Shown here one piece after another: positions 1 to 10,971 of a stretch of 64,000 nucleotides of DNA. The position numbers and the translations under genes are program-made. Origin of the DNA: Methanotrichaceae archaeon. GTDB lineage: Archaea > Halobacteriota > Methanosarcinia > Methanotrichales > Methanotrichaceae. How positions within the stretch are numbered: position 1 is the first letter of the stretch; each line of letters starts with the position of its first letter. The notes beneath the pieces were generated by a model that did no database searches, was not told the origin of the DNA, and worked only from the letters and a program-made list of their open reading frames with translations. The stretch spans positions 384,001 through 448,000 of the forward strand of contig CAWDLW010000008.1 of assembly GCA_963803145.1 (NCBI GenBank), written 5' to 3'.

Positions 1-582
1 GTCGCGGCAGATCAGGCTGCTTTGGGCATCACGTGGGACTATCAATGGACTGTGAAAGAAAACGATGCAAATGGTAAGACTGTACAGCAATCTTCAGGAC
101 AGAACTTTGCGTTCAATGTACCTGCCACGAGTTATGCCAAGAACTATTATATCGATTTAATGGTAACAGCTCATCAGGCATCCCTTTGTATCAATGAAGC
201 CTGCATGTTATTCCCAATTGTGGCTCCAGGACAATGTACGATATCTACAACTCAGCCCACTCAAATTTGCGTTTCGGATACTTCAGGCTATAGCTATACA
301 ACAGCAGCAACACCAAGCCAGGTTAACCAGCGCTGGTGGATATTCCCATTAGCTAAGCTGCCTTCAGATCCCTCAACGCTAGGCTACAACGACCAGGCAA
401 CCTATAAGATAGGAGATGGAAATAGCATATCAGTGAACTGGAATGCTGTGTCCGGTGGCAATTCCGGAACATATGTAGTGTTAACAGCATACTATGCTAA
501 GAAATCAAACGCATACCAGGGCTCCTGTCAGATGAGGATCACTGTAGTAGGCGTACCATCTTCAACTATAACAGTCACTTGA
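1..582 (+). CDS. Secreted/surface Ig-like protein, C-terminal part (start outside window)
   Basis: Frame open from base 1; Thr/Ser-rich beta-strand sequence (YQWTV, ISVNW) resembling modules of the next two genes. Confidence 0.6.
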   Translation, partial: VAADQAALGITWDYQWTVKENDANGKTVQQSSGQNFAFNVPATSYAKNYYIDLMVTAHQASLCINEACMLFPIVAPGQCTISTTQPTQICVSDTSGYSYTTAATPSQVNQRWWIFPLAKLPSDPSTLGYNDQATYKIGDGNSISVNWNAVSGGNSGTYVVLTAYYAKKSNAYQGSCQMRITVVGVPSSTITVT

Positions 583-725
583 GAGCTATCGGCGGCACCA
601 GGGCACATGCCTTGGTTCTCCACAATTTATTTGACAAGATACTCCTGGTAGAAGGAGGCTTGCCCATAAAATGAATCTAATCGATAAGATTTCTGTGATA
701 CAGATGGGGGATCGGTTAAAACATT

Positions 726-2408
726 ATGCTGCAGAAACCATCGGCCACTAAGTCGAGCAACATAAAAGATCAATCCAATAAGTTATACTTTATATTTATA
801 TTAATTTACTTATCTAATAATGTCGCGAATGCTGCAGACGACTGGCCTGATTGCAATTTTCACTGCGACGCGGGCGATGTTACTCTTTTGAAGGCATATC
901 TTGGAGATGCATCAGGCGATCCTCTTAAGAGCTGCTCATCAGGAAGTCCTGTGACAGCATATCTCTGGATTAGCATTTACAACAATGCCAATTCTCCCAG
1001 GAACGCCGTGATATTGCTTGCGGATGTATATATCGATGATAATCTCGCATATACGACATATCCCGATGGGTTATGTGTTCTGGATAATATCGACCCCAAG
1101 GCCACTTCAAATTATGCGATTTACAGCTTCTCCTGGACATGCGGCCAATCGGTTAAGCTCACCAGGATGGTGCTCAGCTGGGAGACTGCAAACGATGTAA
1201 CATGTGTCAATGCAAATCGCAAATGCGCCAATAGAGGCACGAAATGCTATGGCGGAGAAACCATTGAAGTGCCGGTGCAGACACCCCTGGTGGCTGACTT
1301 CTACTCCAATTCACCACAGTGCTGCTGCGACGTCTCTTTTTATAATAATAGCCATGGAGGAGTTTCCCCTTATACATTTCAGTGGAATTTCGGCGATGGA
1401 TCCACAATTAGCACCCTCCAGAACTCCACACACGCATACAGCAGTCCAGGGACTTACAGCGTCACATTAACCGTAAAGGATAGTGTAGGAACCTCAACAT
1501 CAATAACAAAACAGGTTACTCTGTATCCTCACCCCGATGCAGATGCTGGCAATAATCTGAGCATCGTCCCAGGAGGCTCAGTCGGCTTAGGAGGCAGCAC
1601 CTCAGGTGGAAGTCCTCCTTATAGCTTTGCCTGGTCACCAGCCAGCAGCCTCAGCAATCCATCGTTGCAAAATCCCCTAGCTTCGCCTCTTAACACGACC
1701 AAATATACTCTCACTGTAACAGATTCACATGGCTGCACGGGCTCCGATTTTGTGACTGTCTATGTTTCATCGATCAAAGTAGCGAAATCCGCATCCAATA
1801 ACCCTGTGCAAACAGGATCCCAGGTCACGTATACCTACAAAGTCCAGAATACTGGAGGCTCAAATCTAAAAATGATATCCCTGGTTGATTCCTACTTTGG
1901 AGCCATAGCCGGTCCACCCACAGGGGACTTGAATGGAGACAATCTGCTAAATCCGAGGGAGACCTGGACTTATCAGGCAATTTACCGCATTTATGCCAAT
2001 ACTACAAATTATGCCATTGCAAGTGCAACAGATCCAACGGGAATGATGGTCACCTCTAATTCAGCCATTGTAGTCGTCAATGTGACCAACCCGCAGGGGT
2101 TTCCAGGATTCGCCATCCAGGGCAATGACCTCGTATGCATTATGACACCCTCCACGTATACCTACACGATAACAGGACAGCCTATTACAAATTATCGATC
2201 CACATGGCAGATCGATGGCTCGCCTATCAATAACATAAACGCTGATGGCAGCATTACAGTGGACTGGAGGCTTTACGGCAGTGGCTATCACCTCCTTCAG
2301 CTTTCTGTAAACTTCATCGATGACCGGGGAAGAATATGGCACACCAGCTTGTATGGAATGAAGATTCTGGTGGTCAATACCCCTAGCGCCAACATACGGG
2401 TCATGTAA
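726..2408 (+). CDS. Secreted PKD-domain protein with DUF11-like module
   Basis: Hydrophobic N-terminal segment; PKD motif FQWNFGDG...HAYSSPGTYSVTLTV; VAKSA...VTYTYKVQNTG...LNPRETWTY module. Confidence 0.8.
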   Translation: MLQKPSATKSSNIKDQSNKLYFIFILIYLSNNVANAADDWPDCNFHCDAGDVTLLKAYLGDASGDPLKSCSSGSPVTAYLWISIYNNANSPRNAVILLADVYIDDNLAYTTYPDGLCVLDNIDPKATSNYAIYSFSWTCGQSVKLTRMVLSWETANDVTCVNANRKCANRGTKCYGGETIEVPVQTPLVADFYSNSPQCCCDVSFYNNSHGGVSPYTFQWNFGDGSTISTLQNSTHAYSSPGTYSVTLTVKDSVGTSTSITKQVTLYPHPDADAGNNLSIVPGGSVGLGGSTSGGSPPYSFAWSPASSLSNPSLQNPLASPLNTTKYTLTVTDSHGCTGSDFVTVYVSSIKVAKSASNNPVQTGSQVTYTYKVQNTGGSNLKMISLVDSYFGAIAGPPTGDLNGDNLLNPRETWTYQAIYRIYANTTNYAIASATDPTGMMVTSNSAIVVVNVTNPQGFPGFAIQGNDLVCIMTPSTYTYTITGQPITNYRSTWQIDGSPINNINADGSITVDWRLYGSGYHLLQLSVNFIDDRGRIWHTSLYGMKILVVNTPSANIRVM

Positions 2409-2426
2409 GGGATAGTACTTATCGAA

Positions 2427-5400
2427 ATGTCAGAAGTCTCCTTAGCCAAAAAAGAAAAAGAGGTGAGAGATTGGCACAAAGTAGCGGAGACTGCCGTAAT
2501 ACTGATAATATTATTTCAAGCCATCCTTACTGCGGGAGGCGAAACTCAACATGTGGGTGGCAAAACATATACCTTTAGCGGGCCTGCGGCTCCTGCTGGC
2601 GAAATTTACGCCTATAATTGGACGGTAACTGCTGGAACTCCCCAAACATCCAGCGATGCATCCTTCCAATGGACCTCGCCTCAGGTAACAGAGCCCACCG
2701 AAGTGACAATCAAACTAATAGTAAGAAGCAACAAAGCAATATGCCCAGGCAAGAGCGAGCTTGAACTGCTGATCATCCCCGGCAGCCAGCCCAAGATATC
2801 TCTTAAAAAGGATTGTATTTTCACCCCTCCAGTAAGAGTAGGAGACTCAATTACATACATTTATAATGTAACGAACAGCGGAAATGTCCCGCTAACCGAT
2901 ATAAGCCTCACTGATATGCAGGATTGGGGGCCGGATTGCCATCCAGCAAGAGCCGGAAATGGAGACGGCATACTCAACCCGGGAGAGACCTGGCAGTATG
3001 AGTGCAAATATATCGTCCCTGATCCATCCGATTACCAGCAGCTGCATATAATGTCTGATAATTCTTCTAAAGATGCAATAATCCAGAGGCTGATGGATAT
3101 GAAGGTCCTGCTGGAGATGAAGATGAATGGCCTAAAGCCCAAGCGCCAGAGATTCAATACTAAAGTGGCAACACTGACCATTCATCATAAGCTCTTAAAT
3201 GGGAGCAACTATACGCTCTACAATTACACCAATGAAATCACAGGGGAAAGCTTAAGTCGATGGTTAGATTCGGATGGAAAAACCAGAAGATCAGACTATT
3301 ACGATCCTGTGACTCAGGCAATACTGACTGCCGAGTACAATTCCGATGGAAGTCCAAAATCGGATTCAATCCTGTTGATAGAGCCTAAGGATTATTTAAA
3401 AATAGAATATGACGTGGCTTCGAACAGATATAAAAATTACACAACCGGCTACACAAGTTATACAATCATAGATTACAATACAGGCGACACGCTGATACTG
3501 TTAGTACATATTTCTGGCAAGATAGTGAGCAAGGAGTATAGAAAGACGCCGGGATACAGGCCATATGAAGAAAAATACTTCCTCAAAAATACAGCTTCAG
3601 TGACTGGAAAAGACCCGGACGGCAGTATAGTCTCGGATATGGACTCATTCTCTCTGGAGATCTACAAACAGCTCCCTGTTCTGAGGATTACCAAGAAGGC
3701 AGATCCGGATCCTGTAAGTTCGGGCGGCACTATCAACTATACCATTACCTATCAGAATACAGGAAAAGAGGATGCTCATCAGGTAGTAATCAAAGAAAAA
3801 TATGACCCAAATATGATATTCAAATCTGCAAACCCAATTCCCGATGCAGGGACCATGGATACATGGACGGTGGGCGATTTGCCGAGCGGTGTGTCCGGAA
3901 CAATAAAAATAACTGCCAATGTCAGTACGACCATCGCTCCTGGCAGCAGCATAATGAACGTGGCAGATTTGACCTGCAAAGAGAACGCATCTGACCGGGC
4001 TATTATCAACACAACAGTAAAAAACCTTGGACTGAACATAACCAAAAATGCATCATCCCGCTATATCAAAGCCGGGAATATCCTGACCTACACCATAAAC
4101 TACAGGAATGACGGACCAGGTGTGCAAACTAACGTAATAGTTCATGATTATCTGGATCCAAATGTTGGATTCGTGGGTTCCACCCCGCATCCCACGGGCT
4201 ATTTGGGCAGTCATTACTGGTGGAAAGTAGGAACTTTGAATGTGGGAGATAGCGGGACTATATCGATCCCTGTTAAAGTAAAGGATAGTGCCCCGGATTT
4301 TATCTATAATAATTATAGGATAGATTCCGATCAGACAAAAGGAAGCAATGCAACGTTAGCGACAATGGTCGTTAGCTCCCTCTGGATTAGGAAAACTGCA
4401 GATAGAAAAACGTATTCCCCTGGAGAAAACATAACATATACGATACTCTATGGAAATGATCAATCTACAACCGCATTCGATGTTAACGTTATGGATGTAT
4501 TGCCCGACGTGAAGTTATTAGGTGTCTCTCCATCCCCCACATCTGTTAATGGTAGCACGCTCGAATGGAATATTGGAGATTTGAAATCTGGAGAGAACAG
4601 AACCATCACAGTAATGGTCCACATACCCGAGAAGTCTGAGATTAAGTTCAATGAAGAGTCCTCTGTTAGAGGAGAGGGTTATGCTTACGTAAACAAAAAG
4701 CTCTCTACTGTTGAGGAGCATACTTCCCTTATAAACAGGGCCAATATATCGGGATATTACATGATAAATGCACCTCCCTATAATGCCTCAGCCACTTCAA
4801 CTGTCACCATCCTCGGGTCAGCAGGCACACAGATTTCCACATATGAACATGGAAGCGGCTATTATAAGGAAGACGAGCGGACAAGCCTGCGGTCCAAGAA
4901 CCATAGCATAGCTCTGAGCAAAGATATTACTGCCCAGCATAATAACACTGTCTTTTCTCTGCCTGGAAGCATGAAAGTTAAATATCAATCACAATGGTAT
5001 GACCGCACAACCGCCGAGAATCACGTCCTCAACGACGTAGTCTCCGAGAATTATCTTTACATGGACTCTCTCGATAAGACAAGCTCCTTCCGCGTGGATC
5101 AGAACCAGACCGTTTATCACTCGGAATCAGACTTTAGCGGTGGTATCGCTCAAATCGACTATAAAAAGCATGTGCCTAATAGCACGAACACGCTCAAGGA
5201 GATAAGCGAGAATTATCAGGGAAGCTTCAGAGTGCTTGAGTCAGTGGACTCATATGGAGACAGTACCAAATATATAAAATCAGCAAATGGAAACGGTTTT
5301 GTCTCATCTGATAAGAGGAATAATAGACCCATATCCAATAAGGGATCCGACCTGCTTCAGAGATCATTCGAATATGGAAGCGGATACTACAATTCCGAGG

Positions 5401-6326
5401 AGTCTTTACAGCTCAGCTCATTGACGAAGAGCACGAAGATGGCCTATGCCCCCGAAAACCTTACCGCTGGAACCATAAATGTCAGCTATGCATCTCTCTG
5501 GAATGAAGGATTGATTACAAAAGATCCAAGTTTAGGACTCATATTAAGCGAGAAGATCGGGTCCGCCTCATATGTCAATAAAGATGCGTGGATGGAGACA
5601 TCCTCCATGGCATTTATGGGAGAGTTCAATGGCTCAATGGATATAAGGGCAGTTGTGCATCCCCTGAGTATAAAGAGAAAGGAGGTCGATCAAAGCTTTG
5701 TAGGCAACTATACAATAAGCACTGCAATAACCGCTTACAGAAACCCCAAGTATACCTATCCACATGTGAGCATCAGCAAGGTGGCGAAAAAGGAGGACGA
5801 AAGCACAATGCTGTTCTTGATCAATGTAACCAACGATGGCAATGGGGTCCTAAAATCGCTTTGCGTTACAGACAACATGCCGGATGGGCTGACCTTCATA
5901 AATTCCAGCCTCCGGCCGAAAATAAACGGCCAGATCATCAACTGGACTATATCCTCACTGGACATAAGCAGAACTCTGACAATAAAGCTCAGAGCCAAGA
6001 TTGAGAATGATCTCTATCCATACACAAATATCGCCAGGGTAACTGCGCAGTATAATGGGCATATTCTGACTTCGTCAAACTCGACCTCATTTACGCCCTA
6101 CTACCTGCCCTTCTATATAGGGTCCCATCCTGTGGAGAATTCTTATCTTGCAAAAGTCTTTGACGTCTCCTTAGTTCAGGGACAGTGGGGTGTGTGGAAG
6201 CCCTCTCCATCATTTAATATGACCTTAGAGGCGCCAGATTGCTTTAAAGATATAGATGATTACTACAATGACCTTGACAAAAGCGAATCTGGGTGCTGCC
6301 CTCTATCATCCTATGACGTTCCATAA
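2427..6326 (+). CDS. Large surface protein with multiple DUF11 (conserved repeat) domains
   Basis: Signal-like N-terminus; repeated ITK.A....G..I.YTI.Y.N.G modules; 1299 aa. Confidence 0.85.
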   Translation: MSEVSLAKKEKEVRDWHKVAETAVILIILFQAILTAGGETQHVGGKTYTFSGPAAPAGEIYAYNWTVTAGTPQTSSDASFQWTSPQVTEPTEVTIKLIVRSNKAICPGKSELELLIIPGSQPKISLKKDCIFTPPVRVGDSITYIYNVTNSGNVPLTDISLTDMQDWGPDCHPARAGNGDGILNPGETWQYECKYIVPDPSDYQQLHIMSDNSSKDAIIQRLMDMKVLLEMKMNGLKPKRQRFNTKVATLTIHHKLLNGSNYTLYNYTNEITGESLSRWLDSDGKTRRSDYYDPVTQAILTAEYNSDGSPKSDSILLIEPKDYLKIEYDVASNRYKNYTTGYTSYTIIDYNTGDTLILLVHISGKIVSKEYRKTPGYRPYEEKYFLKNTASVTGKDPDGSIVSDMDSFSLEIYKQLPVLRITKKADPDPVSSGGTINYTITYQNTGKEDAHQVVIKEKYDPNMIFKSANPIPDAGTMDTWTVGDLPSGVSGTIKITANVSTTIAPGSSIMNVADLTCKENASDRAIINTTVKNLGLNITKNASSRYIKAGNILTYTINYRNDGPGVQTNVIVHDYLDPNVGFVGSTPHPTGYLGSHYWWKVGTLNVGDSGTISIPVKVKDSAPDFIYNNYRIDSDQTKGSNATLATMVVSSLWIRKTADRKTYSPGENITYTILYGNDQSTTAFDVNVMDVLPDVKLLGVSPSPTSVNGSTLEWNIGDLKSGENRTITVMVHIPEKSEIKFNEESSVRGEGYAYVNKKLSTVEEHTSLINRANISGYYMINAPPYNASATSTVTILGSAGTQISTYEHGSGYYKEDERTSLRSKNHSIALSKDITAQHNNTVFSLPGSMKVKYQSQWYDRTTAENHVLNDVVSENYLYMDSLDKTSSFRVDQNQTVYHSESDFSGGIAQIDYKKHVPNSTNTLKEISENYQGSFRVLESVDSYGDSTKYIKSANGNGFVSSDKRNNRPISNKGSDLLQRSFEYGSGYYNSEESLQLSSLTKSTKMAYAPENLTAGTINVSYASLWNEGLITKDPSLGLILSEKIGSASYVNKDAWMETSSMAFMGEFNGSMDIRAVVHPLSIKRKEVDQSFVGNYTISTAITAYRNPKYTYPHVSISKVAKKEDESTMLFLINVTNDGNGVLKSLCVTDNMPDGLTFINSSLRPKINGQIINWTISSLDISRTLTIKLRAKIENDLYPYTNIARVTAQYNGHILTSSNSTSFTPYYLPFYIGSHPVENSYLAKVFDVSLVQGQWGVWKPSPSFNMTLEAPDCFKDIDDYYNDLDKSESGCCPLSSYDVP

Positions 6327-6402
6327 GCTAAACGAAGGCTGACGTAATTGGAATGCGAATGCAAGGTTGCTTAAAAATATAGGGGGCATATCCCAACTGC
6401 TA

Positions 6403-8475
6403 CTAGATCAGCTCATATGAACGGGATAGCATCATTAAAGGATATTTATCCTCATCGGAGCCTATGTTATGAGGAATATCGCTGACACCATCGCCATTGC
6501 TGTCAACTCTTCGTCCATCATTCCAGTAATTTCCTAAATAACCTTTGTAATCCTTCCCGTTATATCGGTATCCTAATAATTCCTCACTGCTCCAGCGATT
6601 TGTGGAGATTAATGATTGGGCGCTGTACAAGTTATTTATAAAGTTGTTGAGATATATTTTATTATTGCTTGACTGTTCAGGATACATGCCCTCATCTAAA
6701 TATAAGCCATAATTATTATCGCTTAAGTTATTGAAGAGAAGGATATTTTGGTCTGAGTTTTCCAGCATTATCCCCTGGCGACAATTATGGATAGAGTTAT
6801 CTGTTATGTTGCTCTGGCTCGAGCTATAAATGCTGATTCCAGCATCCTTGCTTTGGGCCTCATTCCCTATAAGGCCATTCCCTTTAGAGGTCATTATCGA
6901 AATTCCATTATCGCCTCCAAGGACTTTATTGGAGATTATGTGATTCTGGGGTGACTGATCAAGCCTTATGCCGTCTTTATTGCGGCGCATATCATTACCT
7001 TTAAGGGTATTATTTCTCGAATCTGTGACAAAAATCCCTTTATCATTATCATAGAGCCTGTTGGATAACAGAGAATTATCTTCAGAATGCTCAATCAAAA
7101 CTCCATTTTGGCAATTGATTATCTCATTCCTGCCAAGACTATTCATATTTGAATAGTTTAAGCAAATTCCCTGAGCCGTGCTTTTACTGGCATTGTTTTC
7201 ATTTAATATATTATTAAAAGCATCCTGCAGCAAAATTCCATTGCCATTCAAATTCGCCTGATTTTTGAATAGGGTATTCTTGTTGCTGCTGATAGAGAGA
7301 ACTATACCACTCGGGTTCTTGTGTGCAATGTTTCCTATAAGGTGGTTGCCGTTTGAATTTTCTAAGAGTATACCTTGCCTATAATCCATTTCTGCCAAAT
7401 TTTCCGTCAGGTTGTTGTTTGAAGACCCATTTAAGTAAGCTCCGCTGCCGCCAGGCATATTGCAGAAACTGTTCTTGTAAATCAGATTATTATCTGAGCC
7501 CATGAGGTGAATTCCATCATACTTGTTAGCGTTGGCATCGTTATCCTCAATGATGTTATTATTGGAATAATAGACCGTTATTCCCCATCCATCGTTCTTG
7601 TCAAAGTTATTTCCTTTAATATAATTGCCAGAGCAATTCCAGAGGTAAAGAGCATAATCATTCTTGAAGGCTGTATTATTCAAGATATAATTCGCCTCAG
7701 ATAGATAGGGGTAGATGCCATAGTCATTATCGATGGCGATATTCTCTATAATACGATTATCCTTAGCTTCCGACAAAACGATGCCATAATCATTTGTAAC
7801 CAATTCGTTTTTTGTTACGACGTTTCCTTGGGACCTGAATAGCTTTATGCCTACACCCAGGTTCTCGCTGGCGTTATTTCCCGCAACTGTATTATTATTG
7901 GAATCGATGAGCATTATCCCTGCCTGGTTATTATTATAGATCTCATTTCCCGTAAGGTTATTTCTTTGGGAATCGTAGAGTATTATGCCCCCCAAGTAGT
8001 TATTATATGCCTCATTAGATACAATATTGTTTTTAGAAGAGGATAGTCGGATTCCAATGCTGTTTCCTTGAACTGTATTATTTATAAGGGTATTATCCTG
8101 AGATCTGGCTTCAATTCCGGACATCGACCAGCCACCTGCCCCAGTCAGATTTAGGCCATCCAGGATTGTGCTATCAGCTAGGATTGTGACTGCATTATGA
8201 TGACTATTAGCGATTATGACAGGCTTATTTCCTCCGGCTGATATGCCCTTTAGCACAAGCCTCTTAGTAACATTGATGCTCTCATTGTAGATCCCGCTAT
8301 GAATCTCTATGATATCTCCTGGAGAGGCTTTATCGATGGCAGATTGGATGCTAGCGCCCGGCACTACAGAGATGGTTGAAGCTTGAACCGATATAGAAAG
8401 CACGAAGATGACCATCAACCATACTAAGACCCCTATCAAAGTGCCAGCCCAATTAAACTGCATATATCTCCCCAT
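6403..8475 (-). CDS. NosD/CASH right-handed beta-helix surface protein
   Basis: Signal peptide, SIQSAIDKASPGDII motif, many GI.L..S..N.I..N repeats, GNYW...GDG..D.P C-terminus. Confidence 0.9.
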   Translation of the reverse strand: MGRYMQFNWAGTLIGVLVWLMVIFVLSISVQASTISVVPGASIQSAIDKASPGDIIEIHSGIYNESINVTKRLVLKGISAGGNKPVIIANSHHNAVTILADSTILDGLNLTGAGGWSMSGIEARSQDNTLINNTVQGNSIGIRLSSSKNNIVSNEAYNNYLGGIILYDSQRNNLTGNEIYNNNQAGIMLIDSNNNTVAGNNASENLGVGIKLFRSQGNVVTKNELVTNDYGIVLSEAKDNRIIENIAIDNDYGIYPYLSEANYILNNTAFKNDYALYLWNCSGNYIKGNNFDKNDGWGITVYYSNNNIIEDNDANANKYDGIHLMGSDNNLIYKNSFCNMPGGSGAYLNGSSNNNLTENLAEMDYRQGILLENSNGNHLIGNIAHKNPSGIVLSISSNKNTLFKNQANLNGNGILLQDAFNNILNENNASKSTAQGICLNYSNMNSLGRNEIINCQNGVLIEHSEDNSLLSNRLYDNDKGIFVTDSRNNTLKGNDMRRNKDGIRLDQSPQNHIISNKVLGGDNGISIMTSKGNGLIGNEAQSKDAGISIYSSSQSNITDNSIHNCRQGIMLENSDQNILLFNNLSDNNYGLYLDEGMYPEQSSNNKIYLNNFINNLYSAQSLISTNRWSSEELLGYRYNGKDYKGYLGNYWNDGRRVDSNGDGVSDIPHNIGSDEDKYPLMMLSRSYELI

Positions 8476-8552
8476 TCAAGCGGACTATCTTCTCCGATTT
8501 TCACTTACAAGTTTCTCTTTTTCCCCGCATCAAGCATTTTTAGGACGCAATA

Positions 8553-9674
8553 TCATGCCTTATTCCATGATTCCAGAGGATACTTATCGATGCTCGAACC
8601 TCCAGGGATAGAATATCGTGAATCGTAGATCCCATCGCCATTGGCATCGACGCAGCCTTTTCCGGAGCCGTAATCGCTGTAGTGGTTGCCAACCGTCCCG
8701 TTATCCCATTGATTGGCCCCAGACTCATCATAGGCATTGTAGTTGGTGCTGTTTACCAAGTTGTTATGATAAATTCTGTTTTTGCTGCTGTAATAGTTGA
8801 GGTGAACACCGTCCAAGTTATCGCTTACATTGTTATCCCTTATAAGGTTCTCTGTGGAAGATTCAAGAAAGATTGCCTTTGAGTTTCTAGCCACCTCGTT
8901 TTCCACTAAAAGATTGTTGATGGAATCCCGGAGGAGTAAGCCATCGATATGATTGCCGCCAGCATTGTTGCTTCGAATAAGGTTATTCATAGAGTTCTCT
9001 TCAAGACAGATGCCATCTTTATTCCCTTTGGCAATATTTCCAGCAATAGTATTATTAGAGGAAGCCAATACCTCGATACCATCGTTACTGTTATTGGCGG
9101 CTGTATTTTCTATGATGTAGTTATCATGGGAGGTCTTCTCTACCTCGATTCCAACATCCCCATTTTCTCGCGCGATATTGCCTCTCAAGGTATTATTTGC
9201 CGATCCATCCAATTCTATGCCTGATACCCCATTGTTTCCGACTATATTTCTTGAAATGGTATTATTTGAGCCATCTTCCAGCCCTATTCCGCTGTATTCA
9301 TTATTTGTGGCAATATTTTCTTCTATGATGTTATCATTTGAGTCAACCCTAATTCCGATGTTTGATGAGTTGGTGGCATTAAAGCCTTGAAGGATTACTC
9401 CATTTGCAAAGAGAGTTATTGCGTCGCCATTGCCTCTCGCATCAACTACAGGATTGCCTATGCCTCTGAGAACGAGCGGTTTTGTGATCATCAGATTCTC
9501 ATAATATATGCCGCTTTGTACCTCCACGATGTCGCCAGGATTCGCTCTATCGATTGCATTCTGAATAATTTTGCCAGACGATACCGAAATGGTTGAGCAT
9601 TGCGATATCCCGATACTAATAGCGATTATGACAGAGAGAATACAGAGGATATCTTTGCCTAGCAAGCGATTCAA
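8553..9674 (-). CDS. NosD/CASH beta-helix surface protein
   Basis: IQNAIDRANPGDIV motif, Asn-rich repeats, WDNGTVGNHYSD; start set at TTG 9674 overlapping the upstream stop (ORF track extends to 9737). Confidence 0.85.
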   Translation of the reverse strand: MNRLLGKDILCILSVIIAISIGISQCSTISVSSGKIIQNAIDRANPGDIVEVQSGIYYENLMITKPLVLRGIGNPVVDARGNGDAITLFANGVILQGFNATNSSNIGIRVDSNDNIIEENIATNNEYSGIGLEDGSNNTISRNIVGNNGVSGIELDGSANNTLRGNIARENGDVGIEVEKTSHDNYIIENTAANNSNDGIEVLASSNNTIAGNIAKGNKDGICLEENSMNNLIRSNNAGGNHIDGLLLRDSINNLLVENEVARNSKAIFLESSTENLIRDNNVSDNLDGVHLNYYSSKNRIYHNNLVNSTNYNAYDESGANQWDNGTVGNHYSDYGSGKGCVDANGDGIYDSRYSIPGGSSIDKYPLESWNKA

Positions 9675-10971
9675 AGCATACCCCTTCCGACCTTTTGTAG
9701 AACATATTTCCCGGACTGCTGTACCATTGGGCTCCAATCCCTATCTGAGCCGATGGCATAAGGTGTATCACCTATTCCATCGTTCCCTTTATCTTGGCCA
9801 GAATAGTCGCTCCAGAAGTTACCAATATATCCAATCGCTGTCTTATTCTGGTATTCATAAAGGACAGTCTTAGTGGAGTTCCAGAGATTTACGGAGCCCT
9901 CGGAATGGGCATTATGTGCATTATCTATGAAATCGTTGAAATAGATCTCGTTGCTTCGAGAGGCTTGAATGAAAACACCGTATTGTCCGTTTTTGATTAG
10001 GTTTCCTGTAATTGAATTCCCACCGGAGCTAAAAAGAATTCTAAATCCATAAATATCGCCCAAGAGAGTATTATTTTCCAGGAGGTTTTGAGAGGACCCC
10101 ACTATGGCTATGCCATAATTGTTTTCGGAGATATTATTACACAAAATAATATTGCTATTGGAGCTACTGATGAAAATGCCTACATGATCATTGTTGCTGA
10201 TATTATTGTTTTGAATAGTATTGTTATACGAGTTCTGGAGCAAAATTCCTCCTTTTCTGCCATCTATCTGATTATTTTCTATCATGGAATTGCTGGTATT
10301 GAATAGGATGATGCTCACGGTGTTGTTTTCAAAATTAAGATCTTTTATCGTTATGTTTTTACAGCTTAAGCAATAGATTGTGCCTGCCCTGGAGGAAGAA
10401 TCAAGGAGCTGATCGGAGACGTTGTTTAGGTAATATATGGGCTTTCCATCAACAAGATTGCTAGTATCTATATCGTTATAATTATCAATATCCTTTAGGG
10501 ATATCACCTCAAAATTTGCCTGATTATCATAAATCAGATTGTTCCTGAGAATATTATGGTTCGAATTCACTATATCCATACCGAGTGAGTTATCGCTTAT
10601 TTTATTATTCCTAAGTATATTTCCACTGGAAAGTACCTTTATCCCTGCTCCAAGGGAATTTATTGCTTGTATCCCTCAACTGTAATTCCATTTGCAGATA
10701 ACACCAATGCGCTCGGCTGACCACTCGCATCAATCACTGTGTTTCCCATGCCCATTAGAGTCAAAGGCTTTGTTATATTCACATTTTCGAAATAAGTTCC
10801 ATTTGTCACATTGATAATATCGCCAGGTCTTGCTCTGTCAACAGCATCCTGGATCTTGGAGAATTTGGCCCCCTGGCCCACATCAATAGTGGATGCGTAA
10901 GCCGTATACATAAGAAGATGGATTACGGCAATCCCAAGGACTGCCAGAGATGCCTTTCTCCAGAAGATCAT
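9671..10971 (-). pseudogene. NosD beta-helix protein split by a 1-bp frameshift (ORFs 10660-10971 and 9671-10579)
   Basis: N-half ends ...ITVEG; another frame continues IQAINSLGAGIKVLSSGNILRNN into the C-half; shift at the G3 run near 10673-10675 (may be a sequencing error). Confidence 0.75.
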
